A stretch of DNA of 64,000 bases from Myxococcota bacterium. GTDB taxonomy: Bacteria > Myxococcota_A > UBA796 > GCA-2862545. Location of the stretch: positions 40,841 through 104,840 of the forward strand of contig JBCCQY010000007.1 of assembly GCA_039208735.1 (NCBI GenBank), read 5' to 3'. The position numbers were made by a program, and so were the translations under genes. The notes under the pieces are model-generated. The model was not told where the DNA came from. It did not search any database and was given only the letters and a program-made list of their open reading frames with translations. Position 1 is the stretch's first letter. Every line of letters starts with the position of its first letter. Positions 9,627-20,100 of this stretch are shown here, piece after piece.

Positions 9627-10465
9627 TCGAGGTGCGCGACTTGTGGTTTCGCTACCCCGGCGCCCCGCAAGACACCCTACGTGGACTTGGGTTTGCCGTG
9701 GGGCCCGGCGAGGTCTTTGGGCTTCTGGGGCCGTCCGGCACCGGAAAGAGCACCGTCGTTGGCGTGCTGACCGGGGCGCTGCATGGCTACCGAGGGACGG
9801 TTCGCATCCTCGGGGACGATGGCGCCGCAGACCGCGCCCGCCGATCGCGAATTGGCGTGGGATTCGAGGTACCAAGTCTCTATTCTCGACTCACCGCTCG
9901 AGAGAACCTCGACTTGTTTGCCGCGTTGCACGGCGTTCCTTTGCTCGACGTCGACGCGCGGCTCGCCCCCCTCGGTCTCGAAGACCATGCAGACCAACGG
10001 GTCGAAGCCTTCTCAAAGGGCATGAAGAGCCGACTCGACCTCTGCCGAGCCCTGCTTTCCGATCCCGATCTGTTGTTCGTCGACGAGCCCACGGCGGCAC
10101 TCGACCCCGGCCACGCGAGAGTCGTTCGGGATCTCCGTCGCGCCTTCGCCGATCGTGGAGGCGCGGTCCTCCTCACCACCCATGACATGCAGGTCGCCGA
10201 AGCCATCTGCGATCGGGTGGGATTGCTCATTGATGGACGGTTTGCCGCCACGGGCCCGCCACGCGCGCTGCGGGCCCGTTCGGAGCCGCCGACAATCCGC
10301 GTCGAAGCATCATCCGGCGCCATCCGTGAGGTCCCGCTCCTCGCGCTCGCCGACGATGAGGCGCTTCGCCAAGCGATTCGAGAGGGCCACGTCCGCTCTC
10401 TGCACACGTGCGAACCCACGCTCGAGGACGTTTTCGTCGAGCTAACCGGCCGAACGCTCACATGA
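9623..10465 (+). CDS. ABC exporter ATP-binding protein
   Basis: Walker A GPSGTGKST, signature FSKGM, Walker B LLFVDEP, H-loop TTH. Confidence 0.93.
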   Translation: MIEVRDLWFRYPGAPQDTLRGLGFAVGPGEVFGLLGPSGTGKSTVVGVLTGALHGYRGTVRILGDDGAADRARRSRIGVGFEVPSLYSRLTARENLDLFAALHGVPLLDVDARLAPLGLEDHADQRVEAFSKGMKSRLDLCRALLSDPDLLFVDEPTAALDPGHARVVRDLRRAFADRGGAVLLTTHDMQVAEAICDRVGLLIDGRFAATGPPRALRARSEPPTIRVEASSGAIREVPLLALADDEALRQAIREGHVRSLHTCEPTLEDVFVELTGRTLT

Positions 10466-11148
10466 CGGCCCTGTTGTGGACCGAGCTTCGCCTGCTGACC
10501 CGCGGGGGCTTCTGGCTCGCCTATGCGGTGGTCGGCGCAGGTTACCTCGCCATCCTCCATGCATTGCCCGCTTCCCTGGCCAAGGGGCTGCTGCCGGTGC
10601 TCGTGTTTTCGGATCCGGCGGTACTCGGGTTGTTCGTTGTTGGGTCGATGGTGCTTCTCGAGCGTCGTGAGGGCGCGCTGCAGGCCCTCGCCCATACGCC
10701 CACACCAGCCGCAACGTGGATCGGAGCCAAGGTCCTGGCGATCACGGGGTTGGCCAGCATCGTGGCTGGAGTGGTCGCCGCAGGAAGCGGCCAACTGGTG
10801 CGACCCGATCTGCTCGTGCTGGCCGTCGTGCCCACCTCGATCCTGACGGTCTTGGTAGGCATCGCCATCGTCAGCCGAACCAGTACCTTCAACCGGTTCA
10901 TCGCTTGGGTCTCCCTCATCACCACTCCCCTGGCCCTGCCCGCCGTGGAACTCCTGCTGAACGCCGAGTGGACGTGGATCCGATGGCTTCCCACCGGAGG
11001 AACCGCGGAACTGCTCCGAGGGGCCTTCGGCGCAAGCCTCTCGCCGGGGGTGGTCCTCCGCGACGTTGTCGGGCTCGTTGTGGCCTGCGTCGGGGCCGCA
11101 TTCTGGGCGGACGCATGGACCCGTCGGTACCTTTGGAGGCGTGCATGA
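10462..11148 (+). CDS. ABC-2 exporter permease (fluoroquinolone-export-like family)
   Basis: Hydrophobic; FSDPAVLGLFVVGSMVLLERREG...TP motif; ATGA overlap with the ATPase gene. Confidence 0.85.
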   Translation: MTALLWTELRLLTRGGFWLAYAVVGAGYLAILHALPASLAKGLLPVLVFSDPAVLGLFVVGSMVLLERREGALQALAHTPTPAATWIGAKVLAITGLASIVAGVVAAGSGQLVRPDLLVLAVVPTSILTVLVGIAIVSRTSTFNRFIAWVSLITTPLALPAVELLLNAEWTWIRWLPTGGTAELLRGAFGASLSPGVVLRDVVGLVVACVGAAFWADAWTRRYLWRRA

Positions 11149-11837
11149 GCCCGTGGTTGGCCCTCGCACGGGCAGACCGTGTGAACGTCCTTCGCGACCC
11201 GATGTTGCTCGGCGCGAGCCTGGCCCCGTTGCCGTTGGGCGGCTTGGTCCGGTTCGGAGGACCATGGCTGCACGAGGCCGCACCCGCAGTTGTCGATCCC
11301 ACCGTCCTGGAGGCCATCGTAGGCAGCGCCTTGCTCGTGCTTCCGGCCCTTCTCGCAGGCACCGTTCAGGGCTACCTCCTCCTCGAAGAACGCGATGAGC
11401 ACGTCGAGGCCGCCATTCGCATGACCCCGCTTGGGACCGTAGGGCTCTGGCGATGGCGGCTGAGCACCAGCTTCGCCATGGGCCTCATCGGGGGGGGCGT
11501 GGCGTGGGGGATCGCAGGGCTGGCGATTCCGGCCACGTGGGGGCTCGGGCTCCTCGTCGGAGCCAGTCACGCTCCCCTCATCGCACTCATCCTCGCCACC
11601 TATGCGCGCGACAAAGTGCAGGGCCTGGCCCTCTCGAAGGTGACGTCGTTGGCCGCCGTGGCCCAGGTCGCCCTGTTGTTCCCCGAACCGTGGGCCTGGC
11701 TTGGCGCACCGTTTCCCGCATGGTGGTTGGCGCGTGGGCTCCGGCCCGACGCCGGTGCGATGGTGGTAGCGGCCACGATCGTGGGCGCCTTTGCGTTTCA
11801 CGGAGCTTACTTCAGTCGCTCGACCGCTCGCTCCTGA
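11145..11837 (+). CDS. ABC-2 exporter permease, second subunit
   Basis: RDPML, LLLEERDE...AIRMTPL, DKVQGLALSK; ATGA overlap. Confidence 0.85.
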   Translation: MSPWLALARADRVNVLRDPMLLGASLAPLPLGGLVRFGGPWLHEAAPAVVDPTVLEAIVGSALLVLPALLAGTVQGYLLLEERDEHVEAAIRMTPLGTVGLWRWRLSTSFAMGLIGGGVAWGIAGLAIPATWGLGLLVGASHAPLIALILATYARDKVQGLALSKVTSLAAVAQVALLFPEPWAWLGAPFPAWWLARGLRPDAGAMVVAATIVGAFAFHGAYFSRSTARS

Positions 11838-11882
11838 CCCCGAGGGCCCATACCCTTCCCGTCTGGACACGGGGGTGCACAG

Positions 11883-14800
11883 ATGTGGGGGTGGGTCATC
11901 TTGAGCGTGGGGTGCCGGCCATCCGTTCCCCCGAATCCCGTACTTCCCGATGCCGCCTCCGTCCGTTCCGCCAAGCTCGTGCCGCAGCTTGGCCACCGCT
12001 CGAGAGTCACGCAGCTGCTGACATCCGGTCCGTACGTCATCACGACCGATCCCGAACCCGAAGTCTTGGTGTGGCATCTCGACGACGCGGTCTTGTTGCA
12101 TCGCCTGCGGCTGCACACCGACACCGTCCGCGACCTGGCCCTGTCGCCCGACGGGCGGCTGCTCGCCACCGCGAGTGACGATGGGCAAGTCGGCGTCTGG
12201 AACCTCGACGATGGGACCATGCTCCAGGTGTTCGAGCACGAGAAGGCCGTCGAGACCGTGATCTTCGGTGCGAGAGGCAAAACCGTGATCACGGGCGCGC
12301 ACGATGGGGTGGCCCGCATCTTCGATGTCGCCCAAGGCCAGCTGGTTCGCGAGCTGCCACATCCGGGCTGGGTCTTCGTCGATCGATTGAACGATGGGCG
12401 GTTGGTTACATCCTCCATTAGCGAGGTCCGAATCTGGGCTTCCGACTTCAGCCGGACCGACCTTCGCCTCGCGCCATCCGACACATTTCAATCCGCCACG
12501 GTTTCGGCAGACGGTTCTCGCATCGCCATTCAGCGGAAGTCGCAGGTGACGGTCCACGACGCCTCCGGCCGGGTTCGCGGCACCCTCGACCACAACGCCG
12601 AGGTGACCCACCTCGCGTTCGGACCTGGCCGGCGCCTCCTCACCACAAGTCTCGACGGCACGGCTCAGGTGTGGAACACCAACACGCTCAACCCCATCAC
12701 GACCTACCGCGGCCACGAAGAAGAGGTCGATCGAGCTTATTTTTCCTCGGACGGGACGCGGGTCGCGTCGGTGGGGGGGGATTACCGGGCGCACATCTGG
12801 GACGCCGAAACGGGCGAAACCCAGGCCGTGTTCGGGGGCATCGACAATTCCCTTGGCGTTCCCTTGATCGTCCATCAGGTGACCCTGCGAGAGGCCGATG
12901 ACACCTTGATCACAGGCCATGCCGACGGACAGCTCTGGGCGTGGGATCTTAGGACCCGCGAGCCGGTAGGGCGGCTGCGATCTCGCGTTGACTTGGCCAT
13001 GAGCGTCGATGCGTCCCCTGACGGTCGGTACCTGGTCGCGGCCCATGGGCCCAAGGCCACCCTGTTCGACCTGCGCTTTGGGCGGGAGCATGCGGTACTG
13101 GAGGGGCACCAATCCAACATCCAACAGGTGCGCTTTGCGCCAGATGGCGCCACCGTGTTCACCGCGGCCTCGGACAGCGGCGCGGTGGCTTGGGATGCGG
13201 CCACCGGAGAAGCCCGTGCGGCCTTTGTCGGAGAGCACCAAGCGGGGCTTCGCGACTTGGCGGTGGCGCCCGATGGTGCCTCGATTGTCACCGCGGGTGA
13301 AGATGGCTTGGCCGTGTGGTGGGACGTCGCCACACAGAAGGCCAAACGTCGCCTTGAAGGCCATACGGGTGACATTTGGGCTGTCGCCATGGCACCGGAT
13401 GGCCGACGGCTCGTCACCGGCGGAGAGCACGCGGAAGTCCGGCTGTGGAATTTGGACGAAACGCAGCCTCCGCGCCTCGTGACGGTGCCCCATCGCACGA
13501 GCCGTCCGCCCACCGTGCTTACCGCCACATTCACCCCGGACGGCGCGGAAGTGCTGATTGGAACCATCTACCGAGAGATCCTACGCCTTGACGCAAACAC
13601 AGGTGACATCCTCCAAACCGTGAAGCGAGAGGGTCCCGTTTCCACGCTGAGATTCACCTCCGATGGCCGGGATCTCATTGCCGGGAACTTTAACGGCGTG
13701 ACCCAGCGCCTCGATCCCAAGACCCTCACCCCTCGGGAGTCGTTTGCGCGCCTCGATAGCTTCGTGCTCGATGCCCTCGCGTGGCCAGACGCTCCGTGGG
13801 TCGTCAGTGCGGGCATGGATGGCACGGTGCGGTTCTTCGAACGGGGCGCTTCAGAGGCGCAGGCGACGCTCTTGCTGGCCGGCGGCGGATTTGCCGTCAT
13901 CGATCGCGACGGGCGATTCGATGCTGAGGAAGCCGAGCAGAACGCCTTGTGGGTGATCGATGGGATGGGCTACGCCCTCGGTCAGCTGCGCGATGAGTTC
14001 TACGATCCAGGCTTGCTTGCCAAAGTCCTTCGCCAAACCGTCACACCACGGCGTACGGTGCCTGAACTTCGCGCCATCGCTCCCCCCGCCAAGGTCACCG
14101 TCGAAGGTCCTCGACCAGACGGTCGGGTGCGACTGACCGCGGAGGACCGAGGTGGCGGCGTGGGGGAGGTGTTTGCCACGCTGAACGACACCGATGTCTC
14201 CTCGGTGGTCCAAACGACCTGTGGCCAGTTCGATGTCCCCTGTGAGGTCGACCTATCCGAACTCCCCACGTGGGCCGCCGGCCTCGAAAACACGTTTCGT
14301 GTGCAAATGAGCAACCTGGCTGGCTCCGTCCAATCCCGGGGCCTCCTCATCACCACCAAGGCCGCGGGCCGACCTCCCCGGGACCCGCCTGATCTCTGGG
14401 TATTGGCCGTTGGATCCAGCGACTACACCGGCACCCAACTCGACTTGGCCTACCCTGCCCTCGATGGGCATCAGATCGCATCGGCGCTCCGTTTGGCAGG
14501 ACTTAGCGGGTTTGGGACAGAGCGAACTCATATTCGCGTACTCACTACGGACACGACACTGCCGCTCTTCCACGACACCCCAAGCCGGGACTCGCTCGAC
14601 GAGGCATTCGCCTGGCTCCAACAGGCCGACGTACTCGATACCGTGGTTGTGTTCTTCGCGGGGCATGGCGTCGCCTGGTCCGATGAGCAGTCCGACGACT
14701 ACTTCTTCCTTCTCCCCAGTGCCGCTTCGCTCGAAGACGTCCGAGACCCCAACCTTCGGCAACTTCGGACGTGGTCGGGAGACGACCTCGCCGTCGCCTT

Positions 14801-15539
14801 GAGTCGCGTGCCGGCACGAAAGCGCGTCGTCATCCTCGATACCTGTGCCGCCGGTAAACTCGATCAGTCGCTCACCGTGGAACGGATGTTGTCTTCAGAC
14901 GCACTTCGCGCCCACGCACGGGCGCGTCATCGGACCGGGGCGTGGGTGCTCGCGGGCGCCGCCGCCGATCAGATCAGCTACGAAGCGTCGAGGTTTGGCC
15001 AAGGTCTCCTCACCTACAGCCTTCTCGAAGCGATGAAGGGCCCAGCCCTCGACGAGGGCGATCAGCTCTGGGTCAGCCGTTGGTTTGCCAGAGCCGAAGC
15101 CCAAGTCCCGCGGTACGCCAAGGCGATTGGTGGCGTGCAACGTCCGGTGCTTCGGCGGGGGGCCGGCGACTTTCCGCTCGGCGAACTCCCGCCAAAGGAC
15201 CGATCACGCATCGTCCTGGCCGCGGTGCAGCCCGTCGTCGTACGCACCGTTGTGGTGGGGCCCGGAGGACGACCGGATCGACGGGGCATCGCAACGGCGG
15301 TGGACCGAGTACTCCGTCGTCTGGCTCCTACCCACAACTTTGTGTGGTGGGACGTCGATGACGCGCCGGACGCCACGAGGCTGAGTGGTCAATACAAGGA
15401 GGCGCGCGACGGTCTGACCTTCGAGGGGTTTGTGAGCCGTGGGGATCGCGAACAGGCCGTTGCCTTGGGCGCACCCGATCTCGACGTGTTGGCCCAGCGT
15501 CTCGCCGAACAGGTCCACGCCTTTCTTCAAGCCGAGTAG
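11883..15539 (+). CDS. Lipoprotein with WD40 repeats and a C-terminal caspase (peptidase C14) domain
   Basis: Lipobox LSVGC; many GH...SPDG...WD repeats; catalytic dyad FFAGHG and ILDTCAAG. Confidence 0.9.
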   Translation: MWGWVILSVGCRPSVPPNPVLPDAASVRSAKLVPQLGHRSRVTQLLTSGPYVITTDPEPEVLVWHLDDAVLLHRLRLHTDTVRDLALSPDGRLLATASDDGQVGVWNLDDGTMLQVFEHEKAVETVIFGARGKTVITGAHDGVARIFDVAQGQLVRELPHPGWVFVDRLNDGRLVTSSISEVRIWASDFSRTDLRLAPSDTFQSATVSADGSRIAIQRKSQVTVHDASGRVRGTLDHNAEVTHLAFGPGRRLLTTSLDGTAQVWNTNTLNPITTYRGHEEEVDRAYFSSDGTRVASVGGDYRAHIWDAETGETQAVFGGIDNSLGVPLIVHQVTLREADDTLITGHADGQLWAWDLRTREPVGRLRSRVDLAMSVDASPDGRYLVAAHGPKATLFDLRFGREHAVLEGHQSNIQQVRFAPDGATVFTAASDSGAVAWDAATGEARAAFVGEHQAGLRDLAVAPDGASIVTAGEDGLAVWWDVATQKAKRRLEGHTGDIWAVAMAPDGRRLVTGGEHAEVRLWNLDETQPPRLVTVPHRTSRPPTVLTATFTPDGAEVLIGTIYREILRLDANTGDILQTVKREGPVSTLRFTSDGRDLIAGNFNGVTQRLDPKTLTPRESFARLDSFVLDALAWPDAPWVVSAGMDGTVRFFERGASEAQATLLLAGGGFAVIDRDGRFDAEEAEQNALWVIDGMGYALGQLRDEFYDPGLLAKVLRQTVTPRRTVPELRAIAPPAKVTVEGPRPDGRVRLTAEDRGGGVGEVFATLNDTDVSSVVQTTCGQFDVPCEVDLSELPTWAAGLENTFRVQMSNLAGSVQSRGLLITTKAAGRPPRDPPDLWVLAVGSSDYTGTQLDLAYPALDGHQIASALRLAGLSGFGTERTHIRVLTTDTTLPLFHDTPSRDSLDEAFAWLQQADVLDTVVVFFAGHGVAWSDEQSDDYFFLLPSAASLEDVRDPNLRQLRTWSGDDLAVALSRVPARKRVVILDTCAAGKLDQSLTVERMLSSDALRAHARARHRTGAWVLAGAAADQISYEASRFGQGLLTYSLLEAMKGPALDEGDQLWVSRWFARAEAQVPRYAKAIGGVQRPVLRRGAGDFPLGELPPKDRSRIVLAAVQPVVVRTVVVGPGGRPDRRGIATAVDRVLRRLAPTHNFVWWDVDDAPDATRLSGQYKEARDGLTFEGFVSRGDREQAVALGAPDLDVLAQRLAEQVHAFLQAE

Positions 15540-16307
15540 TCAGGCCTCGTCAACCGGTTCGGGACGGCCCACGACGAAGAAGGCGTAGCCAACCGCTTCG
15601 GGGTGGGCCCAAAAGGCATCGATCTCTGCTTGGGCTTCGTCGAGCACCGCCACCAGGGCCTCGTCGGCTCCAGGTCGAAGGTCGTGAATCCTCGACTGTA
15701 GGGGATCGTAGTACGGCCGCCACGCGGTTTCGGGGTCCAGCACGAACAGGTCATGCAGCACGAGACCGGCTTGAGCCACCTGCTTGCGGCGCACCTCGAT
15801 TGGCTGCAAGTCAGGGTAATCCGCCCATACCGCCGCGACTTGTGTCGGCAGGGGGTCGACCAGCTTTACCGGTTCCGTCAAGGCGATGGCTCCGCCGTTC
15901 GTGAGCAGGGTCGGCCATTCGAGCATGGCCCGCTCAAAGCCGAAGAGGTAAGCCGATCCTTCTGCCCAGATCAGGTCGGCCGGATCGGTCACTGGCGGAT
16001 CGCGTAGATCGCCTCGAACGGTCGAGATGCGGTCACGAAATCCTTCCGCTGCCGCTCGTGCGTCCAGCACATCAAGGAAGGGTTGGTGGAGGTCGACTGC
16101 GGTGATGCGGGCGCTTGGCAGGAGGCGGGCCAGATCCAGCGTCGGGGTGCCGGGTCCGCAGCCAAGGTCGAGGACGCGGGGTCGGTAGGGCAGGGCGGGA
16201 ATCGAGAACAGTGCGCGGGCGGTACTCTCGGAGTCGCCCGGCCCCTCGCGGAGCAGGCCTCGATGAAGCCGGAAAAAGGGGTTTTCGTTCGGTTCCCGTT
16301 CGGTCAT
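15540..16307 (-). CDS. Class I SAM-dependent methyltransferase
   Basis: VLDLGCGPG, AVDLH, DLIWAEGS, GYAFFV. Confidence 0.92.
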   Translation of the reverse strand: MTEREPNENPFFRLHRGLLREGPGDSESTARALFSIPALPYRPRVLDLGCGPGTPTLDLARLLPSARITAVDLHQPFLDVLDARAAAEGFRDRISTVRGDLRDPPVTDPADLIWAEGSAYLFGFERAMLEWPTLLTNGGAIALTEPVKLVDPLPTQVAAVWADYPDLQPIEVRRKQVAQAGLVLHDLFVLDPETAWRPYYDPLQSRIHDLRPGADEALVAVLDEAQAEIDAFWAHPEAVGYAFFVVGRPEPVDEA

Positions 16308-16411
16308 GGTCGCCTTGTAACGTCGATCTACACGTCTTCTGCGCCTGTCACCTGACCGTTGCCCACCAAGCCCGAGCGTTCCCGCCGAAGCGACAAAACC
16401 AGCCGGCCATT

Positions 16412-16534
16412 TCGCTCCCCCCTCCCCCCAAGCGAAGCGCCAGCGGTCCGCCGGAGCGCAGCGACGCCGGACGAGCTGACGGCGTCGAGCGGAGCGAGAG
16501 GAGGAGGCCGAGCTGAGCGCGGAGCGCTTAGGGG
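16412..16534. repeat. GC-rich branched palindromic element with four GCGNAGC mini-hairpins
   Basis: GCGAAGC 16432, GCGCAGC 16456, GCGGAGC 16489 and 16519; nested stems CAGC/GCTG, GTCCG/CGGAC, CTGAGCG/CGCTTAG. Confidence 0.55.
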
Positions 16535-16576
16535 TAATGTTGCGGATGCCACCTCGCCCCCGCTAATCTGACCGGC

Positions 16577-17056
16577 ATGTCACGGCTCGCGCGCGGGAGA
16601 GGGCCGGTCTGGAGAGGGTTGGTGGCAGACACCGATAGTGATGGTCGGCGACCTGTCGAGACGCCGCAAGGAACGGCCTATCTCGAGATTGGCGCCGATG
16701 GCAGCGTACATATTCAAGGCCCCCCAGAGGCGGTTCGATACATCAACGACCACCTTCAGCGGGCCATCGCCCAAGCTCGGGGTGACCGACGCCCGCGCAG
16801 ACGCGTGTTGACCGGTCGGGTCATCAAGAACAAGATGACCAAGACCGTCGTGGTGCAGGTCACCCGTCGGGTTCGACATCGGCGCTACGGCAAGTACGTC
16901 GAACGACGTAAGACCTACATGGCCCACGACGAACACGAGGAATGCAAGGTCGACGACGTCGTCGTGATCCAAGAGTGCCGGCCTCTGTCGCGGCACAAAC
17001 GGCACCGTGTCGTGTCGATCTACTCGCAGGAGCGCGGGATGGCAGGGCGTCCTTGA
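16577..17056 (+). CDS. rpsQ: 30S ribosomal protein uS17 paralogue with ~70 aa N-terminal extension
   Basis: LTGRVIKNKMTKTVVVQV...HRRYGKYVERRKTYMAHDE...DVVVIQECRPLSRHKR is the S17 signature; no rpmC or rplN neighbours. Confidence 0.88.
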   Translation: MSRLARGRGPVWRGLVADTDSDGRRPVETPQGTAYLEIGADGSVHIQGPPEAVRYINDHLQRAIAQARGDRRPRRRVLTGRVIKNKMTKTVVVQVTRRVRHRRYGKYVERRKTYMAHDEHEECKVDDVVVIQECRPLSRHKRHRVVSIYSQERGMAGRP

Positions 17057-17117
17057 CCGCAAACGCGCTGGCTTAACGAGTCGCCGCGCTGGCTCACAGC
17101 TGCGAAGGAGGCACTTG

Positions 17118-20100
17118 ATGATGTGGCTTGGCATGGTGACGGTCGCGACGTGCCTTGCCCAAGACCTCCCCGTGCAGCGGGCGCGCATTGTGGTCGATGT
17201 CGATCAGGCCATCGCAACGGTGACCCAAACGCACACGTTCACCAACGACCGCAGCGCCTTCATCGAAGGCACCTACGTGTTTCCCCTGCCTGAAGACGCC
17301 TCCGTAGACGGCATGGTGATGCACATCGCAGACCGCACGATCGAAGGGCGCGTCGAAGAGCGTGACACAGCCTGGCTTGCCTATCGAAATGCGGTCGCCC
17401 AAGGCCGCATTGCGACGTTGACCCAAGAATCTCGGCCTAACGTGTTTTTACAACGGGTCGGCAACATTCCCCCCGGCGCCAGCATCGATGTCACCCTGAC
17501 TTTGGTGCAACCCGTCGACCAACGCAATGGCTACGCAGAGCTGGTGCTCCCGGTGGTCGTTGCCCCGCGCTTCATCCCGGCATCCGACCGACCCAACATC
17601 GAACCGGGGCCGCGGTTAGGCGACACCCCCGTCGAGACCCAGGTCTCCGTTTCGCTGACCAGCGCCACCCCGATCATCGACCTGCATTCGCCTAGCCACG
17701 CCGGGCTCACCTCCCTGGAGGCTTCCGCCACCCCTGGAGTTCCCCATCAAGCACGCTTTGAGTTGAACACGCCCGGGCAGCGAGATGTCGTTCTGCGCTG
17801 GTCAATGAGACGGCAGACTCCTACAGCCCACGTCCTTCTCCAACGGGGACCCAACGACGCCGAACATGCGCTCCTCATCGTCGATCCACCGGCGGACGTA
17901 TCCCCAGCGGATCGGGTGGCCCGCGAATTGGTGTGGGTCATCGACCAATCCTGTTCGATGCGCGGCGCGCCCCTCACCTTGACCCAGCGCGCCATGCAGC
18001 AGCTCGTGGACGACCTCGATGAGCGCGACAGCGTCTGGCTCTTGCCATCCACCGCGTGGCTCGAGGGCGAGAGCGAACCGCAGGCAGTGACGCCTTGGCG
18101 TCAAACCCTGGTCCGAGGCCGCATCGCCAGCCTCGAGGCCACCGGTCCCACGCCCTTGTTTGAAGGGCTTACCCTCGCGCTCGAGCATCCCCTCGACCCA
18201 CGACGAGAGCGCGCGATCATCGTGGTCAGTGACGGCCTTGTGGCGGACGACTGGTCCGTCCTACAACAGGTGGCGGATCAGCTGGGCCCCAGCCGACTGT
18301 TCAGCATTGGCGCCGGACCCTCGCCCAATCGTTTTCTGCTGGAAGAACTCGCTCGTATCGGCGGTGGAACATCGACATTCTTGCGTCAGGGTGAAGACCC
18401 TGAGGCCACGGTGGCCCGGTTCCTGCGCACGATTCAAGCGCCTGTGCTCACCGATGTGGGGGTGGACTGGGGCGACTGGGTGGTCGACGAAGTGACGCCA
18501 GACCGCTGGCCCGCGGTGTACGCGAACCAGCCCCTGCAGCTCACCGCCATCGTGCGAAAGCGAGGCACCACACCCATCACGATTCGGGGCCGTACCGTGG
18601 ACGGGCCATGGAAGACCGAGGTCACCCCAACCGTGCTCGATGCAGGCCGTAGCATCCCTTCAACCTGGGCCCGGCAGCGCATCCGCGAACTCGATCGGGA
18701 CCAACTGTGGCGCGACGTTCCCGGCGCCGTCAAGCGCATCATCGACCTGTCGCTGACCTACCAGGTGTCGAGCCGCTACACCGCATTTGTGGCGATCGAC
18801 GACCGCCCGGTCCGGGACCCCACCGACGCAATCTTTCGCGCCGAGCAACGGGCGGCACCTCCTGCAGACGCCACCTTCTTTGCCCCAGTGGTCGAAGCCA
18901 GCACCGCGTCACTCGAGTCCGCCTCCAGGGTTGTGGCGGCGTTCACAAGCCGCCGTACCATCCCGGCCGGGCGATCCTACCAAACCGCTGTTTCCACCAT
19001 TTACTTCCCCCTCTACCGCCGAGCATCGTTCGTCGGTCATCAATCGATCCTCTGGCCGTTCGACCCCGCCCTGGTGCAGCGGTACGGAGCGACCAACAAT
19101 CGCTTCATCGAGCTTCGCCACGAAGAAGGCCTCGCAACCCGGACCGACCTGGGCGTTCGCGAGACCATGGGCGCCGCGCGAGGGCCCGTGGTGAGGGATG
19201 CCGTATGGGCCGAAGGACGGGCTCGGCGCATCGAGACCAACGCGGGAGATCGAAGCTACCTAGGGCATCGTCTCGTGATAGGCGCCTCCGCGCAGCCCAA
19301 TTCAAGCCATCAGCTGATGGCTCGAGGATTGGTGGATCGCAGCACCATCAACGATGCGTTTGGGCGCTCCGACCAGGCCGAGCTGGCGCTGTCCGGCCAG
19401 TGGAAGGCGTTTCCCTCGCCCAACTTCGCGGTTGAGCTTCAAACGGAAGGGCGACGGGTAGGGATTGGCGACGATCGATTCGACCGTTTGGTGGCCCAAG
19501 TCATGCTACGCCAGGTCATTTCGAAACACCGTTGGTGGGCCGAACTGCTCGCCGACCGCGTGCGGTGGCAGCGCCCGGATGGGTTCCGAACCCGGGGCCT
19601 TCCTCAGATCGCAGCGACCAACCGCATCTTCTTCCGCGGCGCGTATCGCTACCGCTTCGATGAGCATTGGCTCATCCGCGCGTGGCTCGAGACGCACGGG
19701 TTCTTAGGCCGAGTATGGCCCACCCCGGCCCTCTGGATCGAATGGGAGCCGTCGGATTGGCTGACGGTGACCGGAGCCGCGGGTCGCCATCTCACGCACG
19801 TGGGCCAAGCAGGGTTTCTCAATGGTCAACCCGCCATTCTCAACGAAGCTCTGGCATCGGTGGAACTTCGCGTAAACTACGCCTTGGAGGCCAACTTCCA
19901 AGCCAGTGTCCGGTCCCGTCAAAACGTTCCGCAGGTTGACGGCTCCTCCGTAGACCGCGATGTGGCACGGCTCGCCTTCGCGGGCCGGGCCGAACTCCAC
20001 CCTCTGGAACTCGAAGTCACCGCGACCCAGCAATGGTTGCTGACCGATGTCCCCGGACCGGTCTACAGCGATGGCACGTTGGCCGGCTTTGCCCATCGAC

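Noticed and set aside
10542..13493. 983-aa minus-strand ORF (and similar long ORFs at 7299-8678, 9880-11283, 20496-21620, 28340-29257, 40461-41573, 54230-55357)
   Set aside because: Antisense shadows of well-supported genes in high-GC DNA; no motifs
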